This document shows, piece by piece, positions 51,240 through 60,308 of a DNA stretch of 64,000 bases. Source of the DNA: an uncultured delta proteobacterium (lineage in GTDB: Bacteria > Desulfobacterota > Desulfobacteria > Desulfobacterales > JAFDCJ01); contig CAVYNY010000011.1 of the NCBI GenBank assembly GCA_963769935.1, forward strand, positions 480,001-544,000. The letters are read 5' to 3'. The notes under the pieces are model-generated. The model saw nothing but the letters and a program-made list of their open reading frames with translations, was not told the DNA's origin and did not search any database. Every line of letters starts with the position of its first letter. Position 1 is the stretch's first letter. The position numbers and the translations under genes were made by a program.

Positions 51240-54200
51240 TTAATTGTTAACACGTTGCGCAATTTCTTTCAAGATGTTTTTAGTCTGCGCCAAATGGGCG
51301 TTGAGATTGTTGGATGCCAGCCTGACTTTAAGAACATAGTCCGGTGATAGTTTGAAGCGCTCGGGTGCATCGATGATCATGTCGACCATGGCTGCAGGGT
51401 TGCGCTGGTGTGGCTGTGAAAAGTATAGAATAAGATTTTGGTTCGTCATATCGAGTCTTGCGACCCCGGCCTTTTTAGCCAACACCTTCAGTACGATTTT
51501 AAATAAGAGGTTGGTCGCTTCGTCCGGCAGGGGTCCAAAACGGTCTACCAACTCTGATTTGAAATCGGCAATTTGCGGAAGATCGGTCATCTTTGCCAGT
51601 CGACGATAGGCCGACATGCGCTGATCAATATCGGGAATATAATGTTCGGCCAGAAGGGCGGACAGGTTTATGTTAATTTCCGGCTCCAAAGGTTCCACCA
51701 TTGCTTCGCCTTTTAGCTCGGCAACTGAGCTTTCCATGAGTTTGAGAAACATGTCATAGCCGACGGCGGCGATATGCCCGGATTGGGATGCACCCAGGAT
51801 CGTGCCGCCGCCACGGATTTTTAAGTCGCTCATGGCTATCTGAAATCCCGAACCCAGATCACTGTGTTCCATCAGCACTTTCAGCCGCTTGCGGGCATCT
51901 TTTCCCAGCAGGCTTTCATGGGGAATAAGCAGGTAGGCATAAGCCTGCTCATCCGAGCGTCCGACGCGACCTCGCAATTGGTACATCTGTGCCAATCCGA
52001 ATCGGTCGGCGCGGTTGACGATGATCGTGTTGGCAGAGGTAATATCCAGACCGGATTCGATGATGGTGGTACATACCAGCATATCGATTTCTTTGTTCAT
52101 GAAATGGAACATGACCTCTTCCAGCTGATCTTCATCCATGCGGCCATGCGCGACGGCCAGCTTGACTTCGGGCACCAGCCGCTTCAATTTGTCGGCCATT
52201 TTGTCAATACTGTGGATGTTGTTATGAACAAAGAAAATCTGCCCCTGCCGCCTTAGCTCCTTCCTGACGGCATCGGCAATCAGGGCGTCGTCGAATTCGG
52301 AAATATAGGTAATGATCGACTTGCGATATTCTGGCGGTGTTGAAATAATGCTGATGTCACGCACTCCCACCAGTGACAGGTGCAGGGTGCGCGGTATGGG
52401 CGTTGCCGTCAGGGCCAACACGTCTACCGTACTGCGCAAACGCTTCAGCTTCTCTTTGTGCTTGACCCCGAAGCGCTGTTCCTCATCCAGCACGATAAGG
52501 CCCAGGTCATTAAAAACGACATCTTTCTGCAATAACCGGTGGGTGCCGATCACAATATCGACCTTACCCGCTTTAAGATCAAGGATGATCGACCGTTGGA
52601 CACGCGGCGACCGAAACCGGCTCAAACAGGCGATATTGACCGGATAGCGCTCGAACCGGCTGCAAAAGGTTGCATAGTGCTGCTCTGCCAGGATAGTCGT
52701 CGGAACCAGCACGGCCACCTGTTTGCCGTCATTGACGGCTAAAAAAGAGGCACGCAGGGCCACTTCGGTTTTACCATAGCCCACATCCCCGCACACGAGG
52801 CGATCCATGGGCGCCGGGCTTTGCATGTCAAGGAGGACCTCCTCAATGGATTTTTGCTGATCGGCAGTTTCTTCATAGGCAAAGCCGCTTTCAAAATCCT
52901 GAACGTAGCTGTCCGGCGCAGAAAAGGCATGTCCCTGGTCTACTTTGCGCCGCGCATAAAGTTTGAGAAGTTCTCCGGCAATCTTTTCCGCTGACTTTTT
53001 TACCTTTGATTTCAGCCGCTCCCATGATTTTCCACCCAAGGTATCAAGGACCGGTGTAACACCGTCCACTCCCATGTATTTTTGCACAACACTCATCCGG
53101 TCAACCGGCAGATAGAGCTTATCACCTCCTTTATAGACGATGACCAGAAAATCATTGGTCAGGCCCTCAACCGTCAATTTTGCCAGACCGCCGTACTGAC
53201 CGATACCGTGATCGTTGTGGACAATGAGATCATCTTTTTTCAGCTCCTGCATGTCGAACAACTGGGCAGCGGGTCGGGATTTGGCAGATTGGCGGCGCTG
53301 TTTGCGCACCCCGAAAATTTCATCATCCGTGATAAAGGCCAGGTTCGCGCTCGGCCACACAAATCCGCCGGACACCTGGCCGATACAAATGCCAAGCTGC
53401 CCCCGGTTGAGTTCGGCTTTAGAAAACCCATTCAGGCGCACCGGCTGCAAACCATACGGGGCAAGCAGCAGTTTCAACCGGTCGGCCTGGGATTCGGTCC
53501 GGCATGCCACGAGCGTGGCATAACCGAGCTGTTTTTTATCCGTCAACCATTCAACCAGGGGCTGTAACAAATTCTCTCTTTCGCGAGGATTTTTAAGCGC
53601 CAGGCTCAGGTCGGTATTATATTCAATGGCAGCCTTGAACCGGCAGGGGCGCATCTGCGGCGCCTCTTCGATCTTGAGCACCTCAAGCGTCTTAAAAACC
53701 AACGGTTTGCTTTCAGATAGAAATGCTGAAGCCTGTGACCAGTTCAGGTACAGCTCCTCCGGCGGTACACAAAGTCTTTTTTCTTCACGCGCGAGGGCAT
53801 AGTTTTTGATCACACTTTCTTCCATCTCCTGGGCGGCTTTTTCCAGCTCGGCGGGATTGTCCACAACCAGCAGTGAATTTTGGGGAATATATTCGAATAT
53901 GGTGTCCAGCTGCGGATAAACTAACGGCATCAGGCTTTCAATCCCGGACAGTTCCTCATTTTTTCTGAGCCTATCAATGACATGGCGCGTATGCGTGACC
54001 GGAACATCCAGTTCATTTGCCCGGGTGCGAATCCGGCTGATGATATCCGGCAGCAATTGAGTATTCAGTATGACTTCTCTGGCCGGCAGGATGACCGCCT
54101 CATGAATGTCATTAAATTTTCGCTGACTTGAAGCTGAAAAAAACCGCATTGATTCGACCAGGTCGCCGTAGAACTCAATTCTTAAAGGATCCGCATACAG

Positions 54201-54752
54201 GGGTGAAAATATGTCAATTATCCCGCCTCTTATGCTGAAATCGCCGGGCTCTTCAACAATTGCCGCATGGGTATATCCGCCGGATATCAATTTTGTAACC
54301 AAATAATCCCGTTCAATTTCCTCCCCGGCAATTAAGAGCTCGGCGTAACGGATGATTTCATTCCTGGGAATAATTTTATTGAGCAAGGCTTCGACTGTAA
54401 TCACTACGATTGAAGGCGATCTTTCTTCCAGCAATTGATACAAGACCCGAATTCGATTTCCTGCGATTTCATTGTGATATGAAAGGAATTTAAAGGGCAA
54501 TATGTTATAGGAGGGGAAAAACAAGATCGGTGTCTGCGGGTTTCCGATGAAAAATCGCAGATCCTCAATCAACCGCTCCCCCTGTTTGGCTGAAGATACA
54601 ATAACCAGACAGGATACCCCTTGCTGCAGAAAAACGCTTGCGATCAAATAAGCTTTCTCTGAACCGGAAAATCCGGCACATTCGACGGCGCGATCGCGCC
54701 CGGAAAGCTGCTCGAAGAATGTTTCATTTAAAATTAAGTCTTGATTTTGCAC
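51240..54752 (-). CDS. mfd: Transcription-repair coupling factor
   Basis: IRGGIIDIF, VHNDHGIG, CGDVGYGKTEVA, DEEQRFGV, TATPIPRTL, QLRGRVGRS, DRFGPLP. Confidence 0.98.
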   Translation of the reverse strand: MQNQDLILNETFFEQLSGRDRAVECAGFSGSEKAYLIASVFLQQGVSCLVIVSSAKQGERLIEDLRFFIGNPQTPILFFPSYNILPFKFLSYHNEIAGNRIRVLYQLLEERSPSIVVITVEALLNKIIPRNEIIRYAELLIAGEEIERDYLVTKLISGGYTHAAIVEEPGDFSIRGGIIDIFSPLYADPLRIEFYGDLVESMRFFSASSQRKFNDIHEAVILPAREVILNTQLLPDIISRIRTRANELDVPVTHTRHVIDRLRKNEELSGIESLMPLVYPQLDTIFEYIPQNSLLVVDNPAELEKAAQEMEESVIKNYALAREEKRLCVPPEELYLNWSQASAFLSESKPLVFKTLEVLKIEEAPQMRPCRFKAAIEYNTDLSLALKNPRERENLLQPLVEWLTDKKQLGYATLVACRTESQADRLKLLLAPYGLQPVRLNGFSKAELNRGQLGICIGQVSGGFVWPSANLAFITDDEIFGVRKQRRQSAKSRPAAQLFDMQELKKDDLIVHNDHGIGQYGGLAKLTVEGLTNDFLVIVYKGGDKLYLPVDRMSVVQKYMGVDGVTPVLDTLGGKSWERLKSKVKKSAEKIAGELLKLYARRKVDQGHAFSAPDSYVQDFESGFAYEETADQQKSIEEVLLDMQSPAPMDRLVCGDVGYGKTEVALRASFLAVNDGKQVAVLVPTTILAEQHYATFCSRFERYPVNIACLSRFRSPRVQRSIILDLKAGKVDIVIGTHRLLQKDVVFNDLGLIVLDEEQRFGVKHKEKLKRLRSTVDVLALTATPIPRTLHLSLVGVRDISIISTPPEYRKSIITYISEFDDALIADAVRKELRRQGQIFFVHNNIHSIDKMADKLKRLVPEVKLAVAHGRMDEDQLEEVMFHFMNKEIDMLVCTTIIESGLDITSANTIIVNRADRFGLAQMYQLRGRVGRSDEQAYAYLLIPHESLLGKDARKRLKVLMEHSDLGSGFQIAMSDLKIRGGGTILGASQSGHIAAVGYDMFLKLMESSVAELKGEAMVEPLEPEININLSALLAEHYIPDIDQRMSAYRRLAKMTDLPQIADFKSELVDRFGPLPDEATNLLFKIVLKVLAKKAGVARLDMTNQNLILYFSQPHQRNPAAMVDMIIDAPERFKLSPDYVLKVRLASNNLNAHLAQTKNILKEIAQRVNN

Positions 54753-54818
54753 TTTAAATCACGTATTGGGAAGATTCTTAAAACCTGCACCAAAAGAGTG
54801 TGAACGCCCGACTTCCAG

Positions 54819-54894
54819 GCCGACGTAGCTCAGCTGGTAGAGCAGCTGATTCGTAATCAGCAGGTCAGCGGTTCGAATCCGCTCGTCGGCTCCA
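54819..54894 (+). tRNA. tRNA-Thr, anticodon CGT
   Basis: GCCGACG/CGTCGGC acceptor stem, TAGCTCAGCTGGTAGAGC D-arm, GCTGA-TTCGTAA-TCAGC anticodon arm, GGTTCGAATCC T-arm, encoded CCA; 76 nt. Confidence 0.98.
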
Positions 54895-55256
54895 GCATTA
54901 TATTGAATATTGAAAATTGCAGATTGAATAATTGTGGAATTCTGTCGTTTTATAAAACTTGTTCTCAACTGCAACTCAATCAATCCTCGCTGCTTTCAGT
55001 CTTGAGCTTCGCTTTCCCCCACTCCGCCCCCGCAAGCCAATATCCAACAGTAATTCCTCGTCATCCGCCTTGAGCCGTGCGCCGTGCGCCTTTCTCATTT
55101 ATTCTATCAGCTATGAGCTATCAGCTGCGCGTCAGCGCTCCCCGCACCCCGCCAACAAACCTCCCTTATTTTAACCGCATTTCAGCATAAATCAATACCG
55201 TGAAAAAGGCGAAGTCAGGTTACTGTTTGAATATACAATATTTTTAAACAAGTTGC

Positions 55257-55285
55257 TTGACATAATTTCGTAATCCATATATCCT
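55257..55285 (+). promoter_or_regulatory. Candidate sigma70 promoter upstream of the small ORF and ihfA
   Basis: TTGACA-17 bp-TATCCT. Confidence 0.55.
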
Positions 55286-55432
55286 TAATAGTATCAGGAT
55301 GTTCGGCAAGCTAGACGATGACCATCTTGCCTCCTAAGTTTACCGAATCAAAAGTCGACTTAATCTGGCTGTCCTCATATAAGAATTTATGGGATTTGAA
55401 TCCCAGGCATATTTTTGGAAGGAGCGCGCTAA

Positions 55433-55564
55433 ATGACCGATGTGGAAGATATGAAGTTGAAGGATGAAATTGATGAAATCATGAAAAGTGTCGATACGAT
55501 AATGAAAAAGGTGGAAACGGTCCTGCCCGCCAAACAGGAGGAAGCACAAACGCAAAGCGAATAG
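55433..55564 (+). CDS. 43-aa acidic small protein (absent from the ORF track)
   Basis: GGAAGGAG 8 nt before ATG; MTDVEDMKLKDEIDEIMKSVDTIMKKVETVLPAKQEEAQTQSE-stop. Confidence 0.6.
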   Translation: MTDVEDMKLKDEIDEIMKSVDTIMKKVETVLPAKQEEAQTQSE

Positions 55565-55664
55565 CGTGTTTATCCGGCAGCGGGGCAAGCGGTCGGATCA
55601 GAAAAGACATTATATCCCTTTTAATAAGTTTTTAAAATTTCGGGATGCAATCAGGAGGGGCAAC

Positions 55665-55958
55665 ATGGCGATGACCAAAAATGATATCGTTGCAGCGGTT
55701 CACGAACTCGGTTTCACGAAGAAAAAATCTGTCGAAGTAATTGAATCTTTGCTTGAAATCATAAAAAATGCACTGGAAGCAAGTGAGGATGTTCTGATCT
55801 CAGGATTCGGCAAATTTTGTGTAAAAGAAAAGAACAAGCGCAGAGGTCGCAATCCCGCCACCGGTCAGGATTTGATTCTCAGAGATCGCAAGGTCGTAAC
55901 TTTTAAATGTTCCGGCAAATTAAGAAATAAAATTAATGGAATAGAGTATTCAGAATAA
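55665..55958 (+). CDS. ihfA: Integration host factor subunit alpha
   Basis: AGGAGG then MAMTKNDIV; VLISGFGKF, RRGRNPATG, RKVVTFKCSGKLR. Confidence 0.9.
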   Translation: MAMTKNDIVAAVHELGFTKKKSVEVIESLLEIIKNALEASEDVLISGFGKFCVKEKNKRRGRNPATGQDLILRDRKVVTFKCSGKLRNKINGIEYSE

Positions 55959-55988
55959 TCTTTTGTTCAAGTGGGCGATGGATTAATC

Positions 55989-56184
55989 GGCTTGGAAGCT
56001 GGAAAGCCTGGAGGCTGGAAAGATGGGAAGTCTGAATAAAATTTAGGCTAAAGGAAAAAGGTTAAAGGAAAAAACACATAATGCTTTGGGGTATCGGATC
56101 ATTATCCTTCAACTTTTACCCTTTGTCCTTTTACCTTTATCCTTTGTCCTCTGCAGCCTCCCAGCCATATAGCCTCCCCGCTTC
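55989..56184. repeat. Two-layer palindromic element (octamer outer arms, heptamer inner arms)
   Basis: GGAAGCTG-type units pair with CAGCCTCC-type units; inner AAAGGWW units pair with CCTTTDT-type units; between convergent genes. Confidence 0.8.
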
Positions 56185-56192
56185 AGGCCGCC

Positions 56193-57581
56193 TTAGAGAT
56201 CTATCTCATACGCTTTTATTTTGCTGAGCAGAGATGGATGACTGATTTCGAGCAAACGGGCGGCCTGGGTCCGATTGCCGCCGGTTTGCTGGAGGGCCCG
56301 GGTGATTAGATCCTTTTCTAGGACCTTCTGGGCATTCTTAAGGGACAGCCCTTCAAAGAAAGGCTGCCCCTGGCTATGACCGCCGGCCGGTCTCGGCTCA
56401 AGCGAAAAATGCTCCGGCAACAGTTGGGATCCATCGGCGATGACCATCGCTCTTTCAAGCACATTTTCCAGTTCCCGGACGTTTCCGGGCCAGTGATATT
56501 CCAACAGCCGCGACATGGCTTCCGGTGCCAAACCCTTTAGGTCTTTTTCAAGAATCTTATTGAGGCGATTGACAAAATGCCTGCACAAAAGCGGAATGTC
56601 TTCGGTGCGCTGATTCAGCGGCGGCAGCTTAATGGTCAAAACGTTTAAGCGATAGTACAAATCTTCGCGAAATGCTCCCCGCCGAACCTCTTCTTCCAGG
56701 TTCTTGGCTGTTGCAGCCACTACCCGAACGTCGATTTTAATCGTCTTGGTTTCACCCAGCGGACGAATTTCATTATCCTGCAGCACTCTTAACAATTTCA
56801 CCTGCAAAGCCAGCGGCAATTCTCCAATTTCATCCAGAAAAATAGTGCCCCCTTCCGCCTCCTGGAAAAGGCCGCGCCGGTTGTGATCGGCTCCGGTGAA
56901 GGCACCCTTTTTATAGCCAAAAAGTTCGCTCTCAAGCAGCGTTTCCGGAATCCCGCCGCAGTTCACGGGCACCAGCGGCCCTGCGGCACGCTGGCTGCTC
57001 TGATGAATACCTCTGGCAACCAACTCCTTGCCGGTGCCGCTATCGCCCTGTATCAGCACGGTTGTCCGGTAGCGGGCGGCTTTTTCTGCCAGCTGGAATA
57101 TGGCCTGCATGCGCTGGCTTTTTCCGACCATTTTGTCAAAGTGATAGTCGCCCTCAATTCTTTGAATCCGCTCTCTTAAAAGGCGGTTTTCCGTTTTTAA
57201 TCGTTCTCTTTCTTCGGCTTTTTTCAAAGTCAGATAGACTTCATCTGTTTTGAAAGGCTTTGAAATATAGTCATAGGCGCCAAGTTTCATGGCGCCGATG
57301 GCAGTATCGATACTCCCGTATGCCGACATCATGATAACGGTCGTGCCGTTGAGCTTGTCGCGAGCGGCTTCTAAAAATTCCATCCCTCCCATTTTGGGCA
57401 TTTTAATATCACACAGGATAAAGTCATACTGGATTTGTTCGATCATTGATAAGCCTGCGCTTCCGTCAGAAGCCGCATCGACCAAATAATCGGCCTTTTT
57501 AAGCACGGTTGAAAGCATATGACGCATGTTCGCTTCGTCATCAATGATCAGCAAGCGTTTTTTGGGACTATTGTCGGCCAT
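56193..57581 (-). CDS. Sigma54-dependent response regulator (NtrC/AtoC family)
   Basis: LLIIDDE, LCDIKMP, YISKPF; GDSGTGKE, ESELFGYKKGAFTGA, WPGNVRELEN; Fis HTH GGNRTQAARLL. Confidence 0.95.
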   Translation of the reverse strand: MADNSPKKRLLIIDDEANMRHMLSTVLKKADYLVDAASDGSAGLSMIEQIQYDFILCDIKMPKMGGMEFLEAARDKLNGTTVIMMSAYGSIDTAIGAMKLGAYDYISKPFKTDEVYLTLKKAEERERLKTENRLLRERIQRIEGDYHFDKMVGKSQRMQAIFQLAEKAARYRTTVLIQGDSGTGKELVARGIHQSSQRAAGPLVPVNCGGIPETLLESELFGYKKGAFTGADHNRRGLFQEAEGGTIFLDEIGELPLALQVKLLRVLQDNEIRPLGETKTIKIDVRVVAATAKNLEEEVRRGAFREDLYYRLNVLTIKLPPLNQRTEDIPLLCRHFVNRLNKILEKDLKGLAPEAMSRLLEYHWPGNVRELENVLERAMVIADGSQLLPEHFSLEPRPAGGHSQGQPFFEGLSLKNAQKVLEKDLITRALQQTGGNRTQAARLLEISHPSLLSKIKAYEIDL

Positions 57582-57651
57582 GGTGAATATCAGCTCCCTT
57601 ATGCCCGTTGAGGCATTTTTTATTAAGCTGTTGTCAAAAACCAAAAAAAAG

Positions 57652-57797
57652 CGAATATCGAATAATGAATGTTGAAAGTCGAATGTCGAAGGGGGGTATT
57701 CTGTCTATTTTATAAAAAGACTGAGCAATGCGAAACCACCCTTCCAAATTCGGGTCGTAGATCACGTCTTTAGCGTGATTCGATATTCTGCGGTTCG
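57652..57797. repeat. GAATRTC heptamer palindromic element
   Basis: GAATATCGAATAATGAATGTTGAAAGTCGAATGTCGAAGG...; its core matches 46321-46396 on the other strand. Confidence 0.8.
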
Positions 57798-57814
57798 GCG
57801 TTCCGGCAACGCGA

Positions 57815-58263
57815 AGTTTCATATAAGCACGGCCACTGGCCGCGAGCGTCCAGTCTGATCGGTAAAAGAAACTTTTAGGAGCTCGGGCACAATTGGATTT
57901 AATATCACACCCACTTCGTTAGAGCTCACAGAGACCGCAGAGAGCATTTTTCTTTCGCCGCAGGCGATTGTAAACCCAGACCTCAGCGATCTCTGAGCGC
58001 TCTGTGTGAGATGTAATTTCACACGAGCCGGGCCGCTGGCCAAAAAGACGGCCAGATTAATCGAGAAAGAAACTTTTGGGAATTCGGACACAGTTGGATT
58101 TACTATCACGCCCACTTTCAGGCTTCGCTCTTCGAGCTACGACCCGACAAGCCGTTAGAGCTCACAGAGACCGCGGAGAATATTTTTCTTTCGCCGCAGG
58201 CGGCTGCCAACCCTTACCTCTGTGACCTCTGAGCGCTCTGTGTGAGATGTAGTTTCATATAAG
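57815..58263. repeat. Tandem duplication of a roughly 200-bp composite unit delimited by three 13-bp repeats
   Basis: AGTTTCATATAAG (57815), AATTTCACACGAG (58015), AGTTTCATATAAG (58251); both units share GTTAGAGCTCACAGAGACCGC, TTTCTTTCGCCGCAGGCG and CTCTGAGCGCTCTGTGTGAGATGT. Confidence 0.9.
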
Positions 58264-58266
58264 ATT

Positions 58267-59817
58267 TTATAGTTCAGGTTGATATAACGGCAAAGAAATT
58301 ATCATCGTGGTTCCGTTGCCCGCTTCACTGAGCCCGGTCATCTTGCCGCCCAGACCTTCGATGATCATGAAGCTGACCGACAGACCGAGCCCGGTGCCCT
58401 GGCCGGGATCTTTGGTGGTAAAAAACGGGTCGAAAATGTTGCCGAGGTTTTCCTCGGCAATTCCCGGTCCATTATCAATAAAAGATATTTTTATGCAATT
58501 CGGGATCGTCCTGTTGTCAGGATCGTTGGTATTCTCACTCTCCGTGGTTATCCTCAGCTTGCCCTCGCATTTTTTATCTTCACTTGATATCGCATCCGCG
58601 GCATTAATAATTAAATTCAGAAAAACCTGCCGCAGCTGGTTGGGATCGGCCCATACGGTATCCTCCAAGGCATCAAGACTGAGACACAGCTCTACATTTG
58701 ACATCAGGGGCTGTACGCGCAAAACATCGGCTGTATCATGGATTAAATCATGGACGGCAACCGTCATACGCCCCGAATTCGATGGTCGCGATATTTCGAG
58801 AAGCTGCCGGATAATGGTATTGATGCGCTCGATCTCCTGCTCCGTGCGCTGTATATATTCTCTGCTCTCAGGTTCAGAAATATCTCCTTGTTTGAGCAAC
58901 TCCAGGTAGCCCATGACGATGCCGATCGGATTGCCGATTTCATGGGCGATGCCGGCCGATAGTCTGCCCACGGATGCTAATTTTTCGGCCCGGATAATTT
59001 CCCTTTGCGCTTTTTTTAATTCAAGGTTTGCCTTTTCGAGAGAAAGAACCGTTGAGCGAAGCTTTTCCTTGTTGGCTGAAATTCGCTTCAACATACTATT
59101 GAGCGCCTTGGACAGTCGATTCAGCTCGTTGTCTTCTTTGCGGACGGTAAAAATGAGTTCATCATCTTCTTTGTAATCTTCAGCACGCTTGGCCAACCTG
59201 GAAAGCGGCTGCAAGTAAAGCTTTGAAATCCGATGAATGCCGACATAGGTGAGAATCGTGATATTGATGAAAAGATATATCCAAAATATCTTTTGTGAAT
59301 TTCTGAGCGCTTGATGGACTCTGTCCAACGACAGAACAATGCCAATCCCGCCAACGGTCGCACCTTTCTTTAGCAATGGTGCGGAAAGTGTCAGATGGGC
59401 CGTCTGTTTAATGAATATGCCCCAACTGGTGCCGGTAAAATGAATCGCTTTCTGGCCGGAAGACATCGCTGCTTTGATGTATCGGCTGAGTCTGTCGGGT
59501 GCGACATCCGGATTCCGATGCAGGATGACCTGTTCGCCACTGCTGTTCAGAACCAGTACGGCAGCCAGCTGCGGATCGCCCAACATCTGAGTGAGCAGCA
59601 TACCGGGGGATACGTCTGCGCTTCGGCCATCCACGAGAATACCATTAAACAGGCTGTTTTCGAACGAAGACAGCAGAAAATTGGCTTTAAACACCTCCGA
59701 ACGAATCAGCTCGCGCTTAACGGTAACGATCGTAATCAAATCGACCAGAAGCATCGCCAGAAACAGCAGAATCGCAATATTGATTGCGATTTTGGTTCTC
59801 AAACCCCGGGTAAACAC
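58267..59817 (-). CDS. Membrane sensor histidine kinase (2 TM, HAMP, HisKA, HATPase), probable partner of the NtrC-type regulator
   Basis: GGAG then GTG start (VFTRGLRTK); EKLASVGRLSAGIAHEIGNP, NLIINAADA, DNGPGI, FDPFFTTK, GTGLGL. Confidence 0.93.
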   Translation of the reverse strand: MFTRGLRTKIAINIAILLFLAMLLVDLITIVTVKRELIRSEVFKANFLLSSFENSLFNGILVDGRSADVSPGMLLTQMLGDPQLAAVLVLNSSGEQVILHRNPDVAPDRLSRYIKAAMSSGQKAIHFTGTSWGIFIKQTAHLTLSAPLLKKGATVGGIGIVLSLDRVHQALRNSQKIFWIYLFINITILTYVGIHRISKLYLQPLSRLAKRAEDYKEDDELIFTVRKEDNELNRLSKALNSMLKRISANKEKLRSTVLSLEKANLELKKAQREIIRAEKLASVGRLSAGIAHEIGNPIGIVMGYLELLKQGDISEPESREYIQRTEQEIERINTIIRQLLEISRPSNSGRMTVAVHDLIHDTADVLRVQPLMSNVELCLSLDALEDTVWADPNQLRQVFLNLIINAADAISSEDKKCEGKLRITTESENTNDPDNRTIPNCIKISFIDNGPGIAEENLGNIFDPFFTTKDPGQGTGLGLSVSFMIIEGLGGKMTGLSEAGNGTTMIISLPLYQPEL

Positions 59818-60308
59818 GTTTAAGCCAATCTCCAATATAGATATCAAGCATTTAGTCCAAGTATTAAAAATTTTAATAGATGCAATAATGATGCCCAAAG
59901 ATGCCGGAATCCGCTGTTGTTTAAGGAATCGGTCGCAGTCGACTGCGACCGGGTGCTTAGCCGGTTTTTCGGCCGGCCGCCATGTTCGGCCGGGGGCCTT
60001 AAACATACCGTTTTGATCCATGTTTAGGATCAGCCCGGCTCATCTTCAAAATCCAGGATTTTCTATGAGCCCATCGCGGTTCAAGCGGAAATGGGCCGGC
60101 AAAGATCAATATTGGGCATCCAGCGTCAAATTTGTAACGATTCGGTTGCGGCTTAAAATCGTTGGCAAGATTGACATTCTGCCGGCAGACGGGTATTGAT
60201 GGAACAACTAAAGTGATCTGGATTGCCTAAAATTACAATCCTTTGAAATTCGAATACAATAAGTTTACATGATAATGCGACAAAGAAGCGTTGTTCTTGT
60301 GAGGGATC

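Noticed and set aside
54819..54894. tRNA-targeted genomic island
   Set aside because: No integrase and no duplicated tRNA 3' end were noticed in the window.
57815..58263. CRISPR array
   Set aside because: Repeats are 13 bp, the 200-bp spacers are copies of each other, and no cas genes are present.
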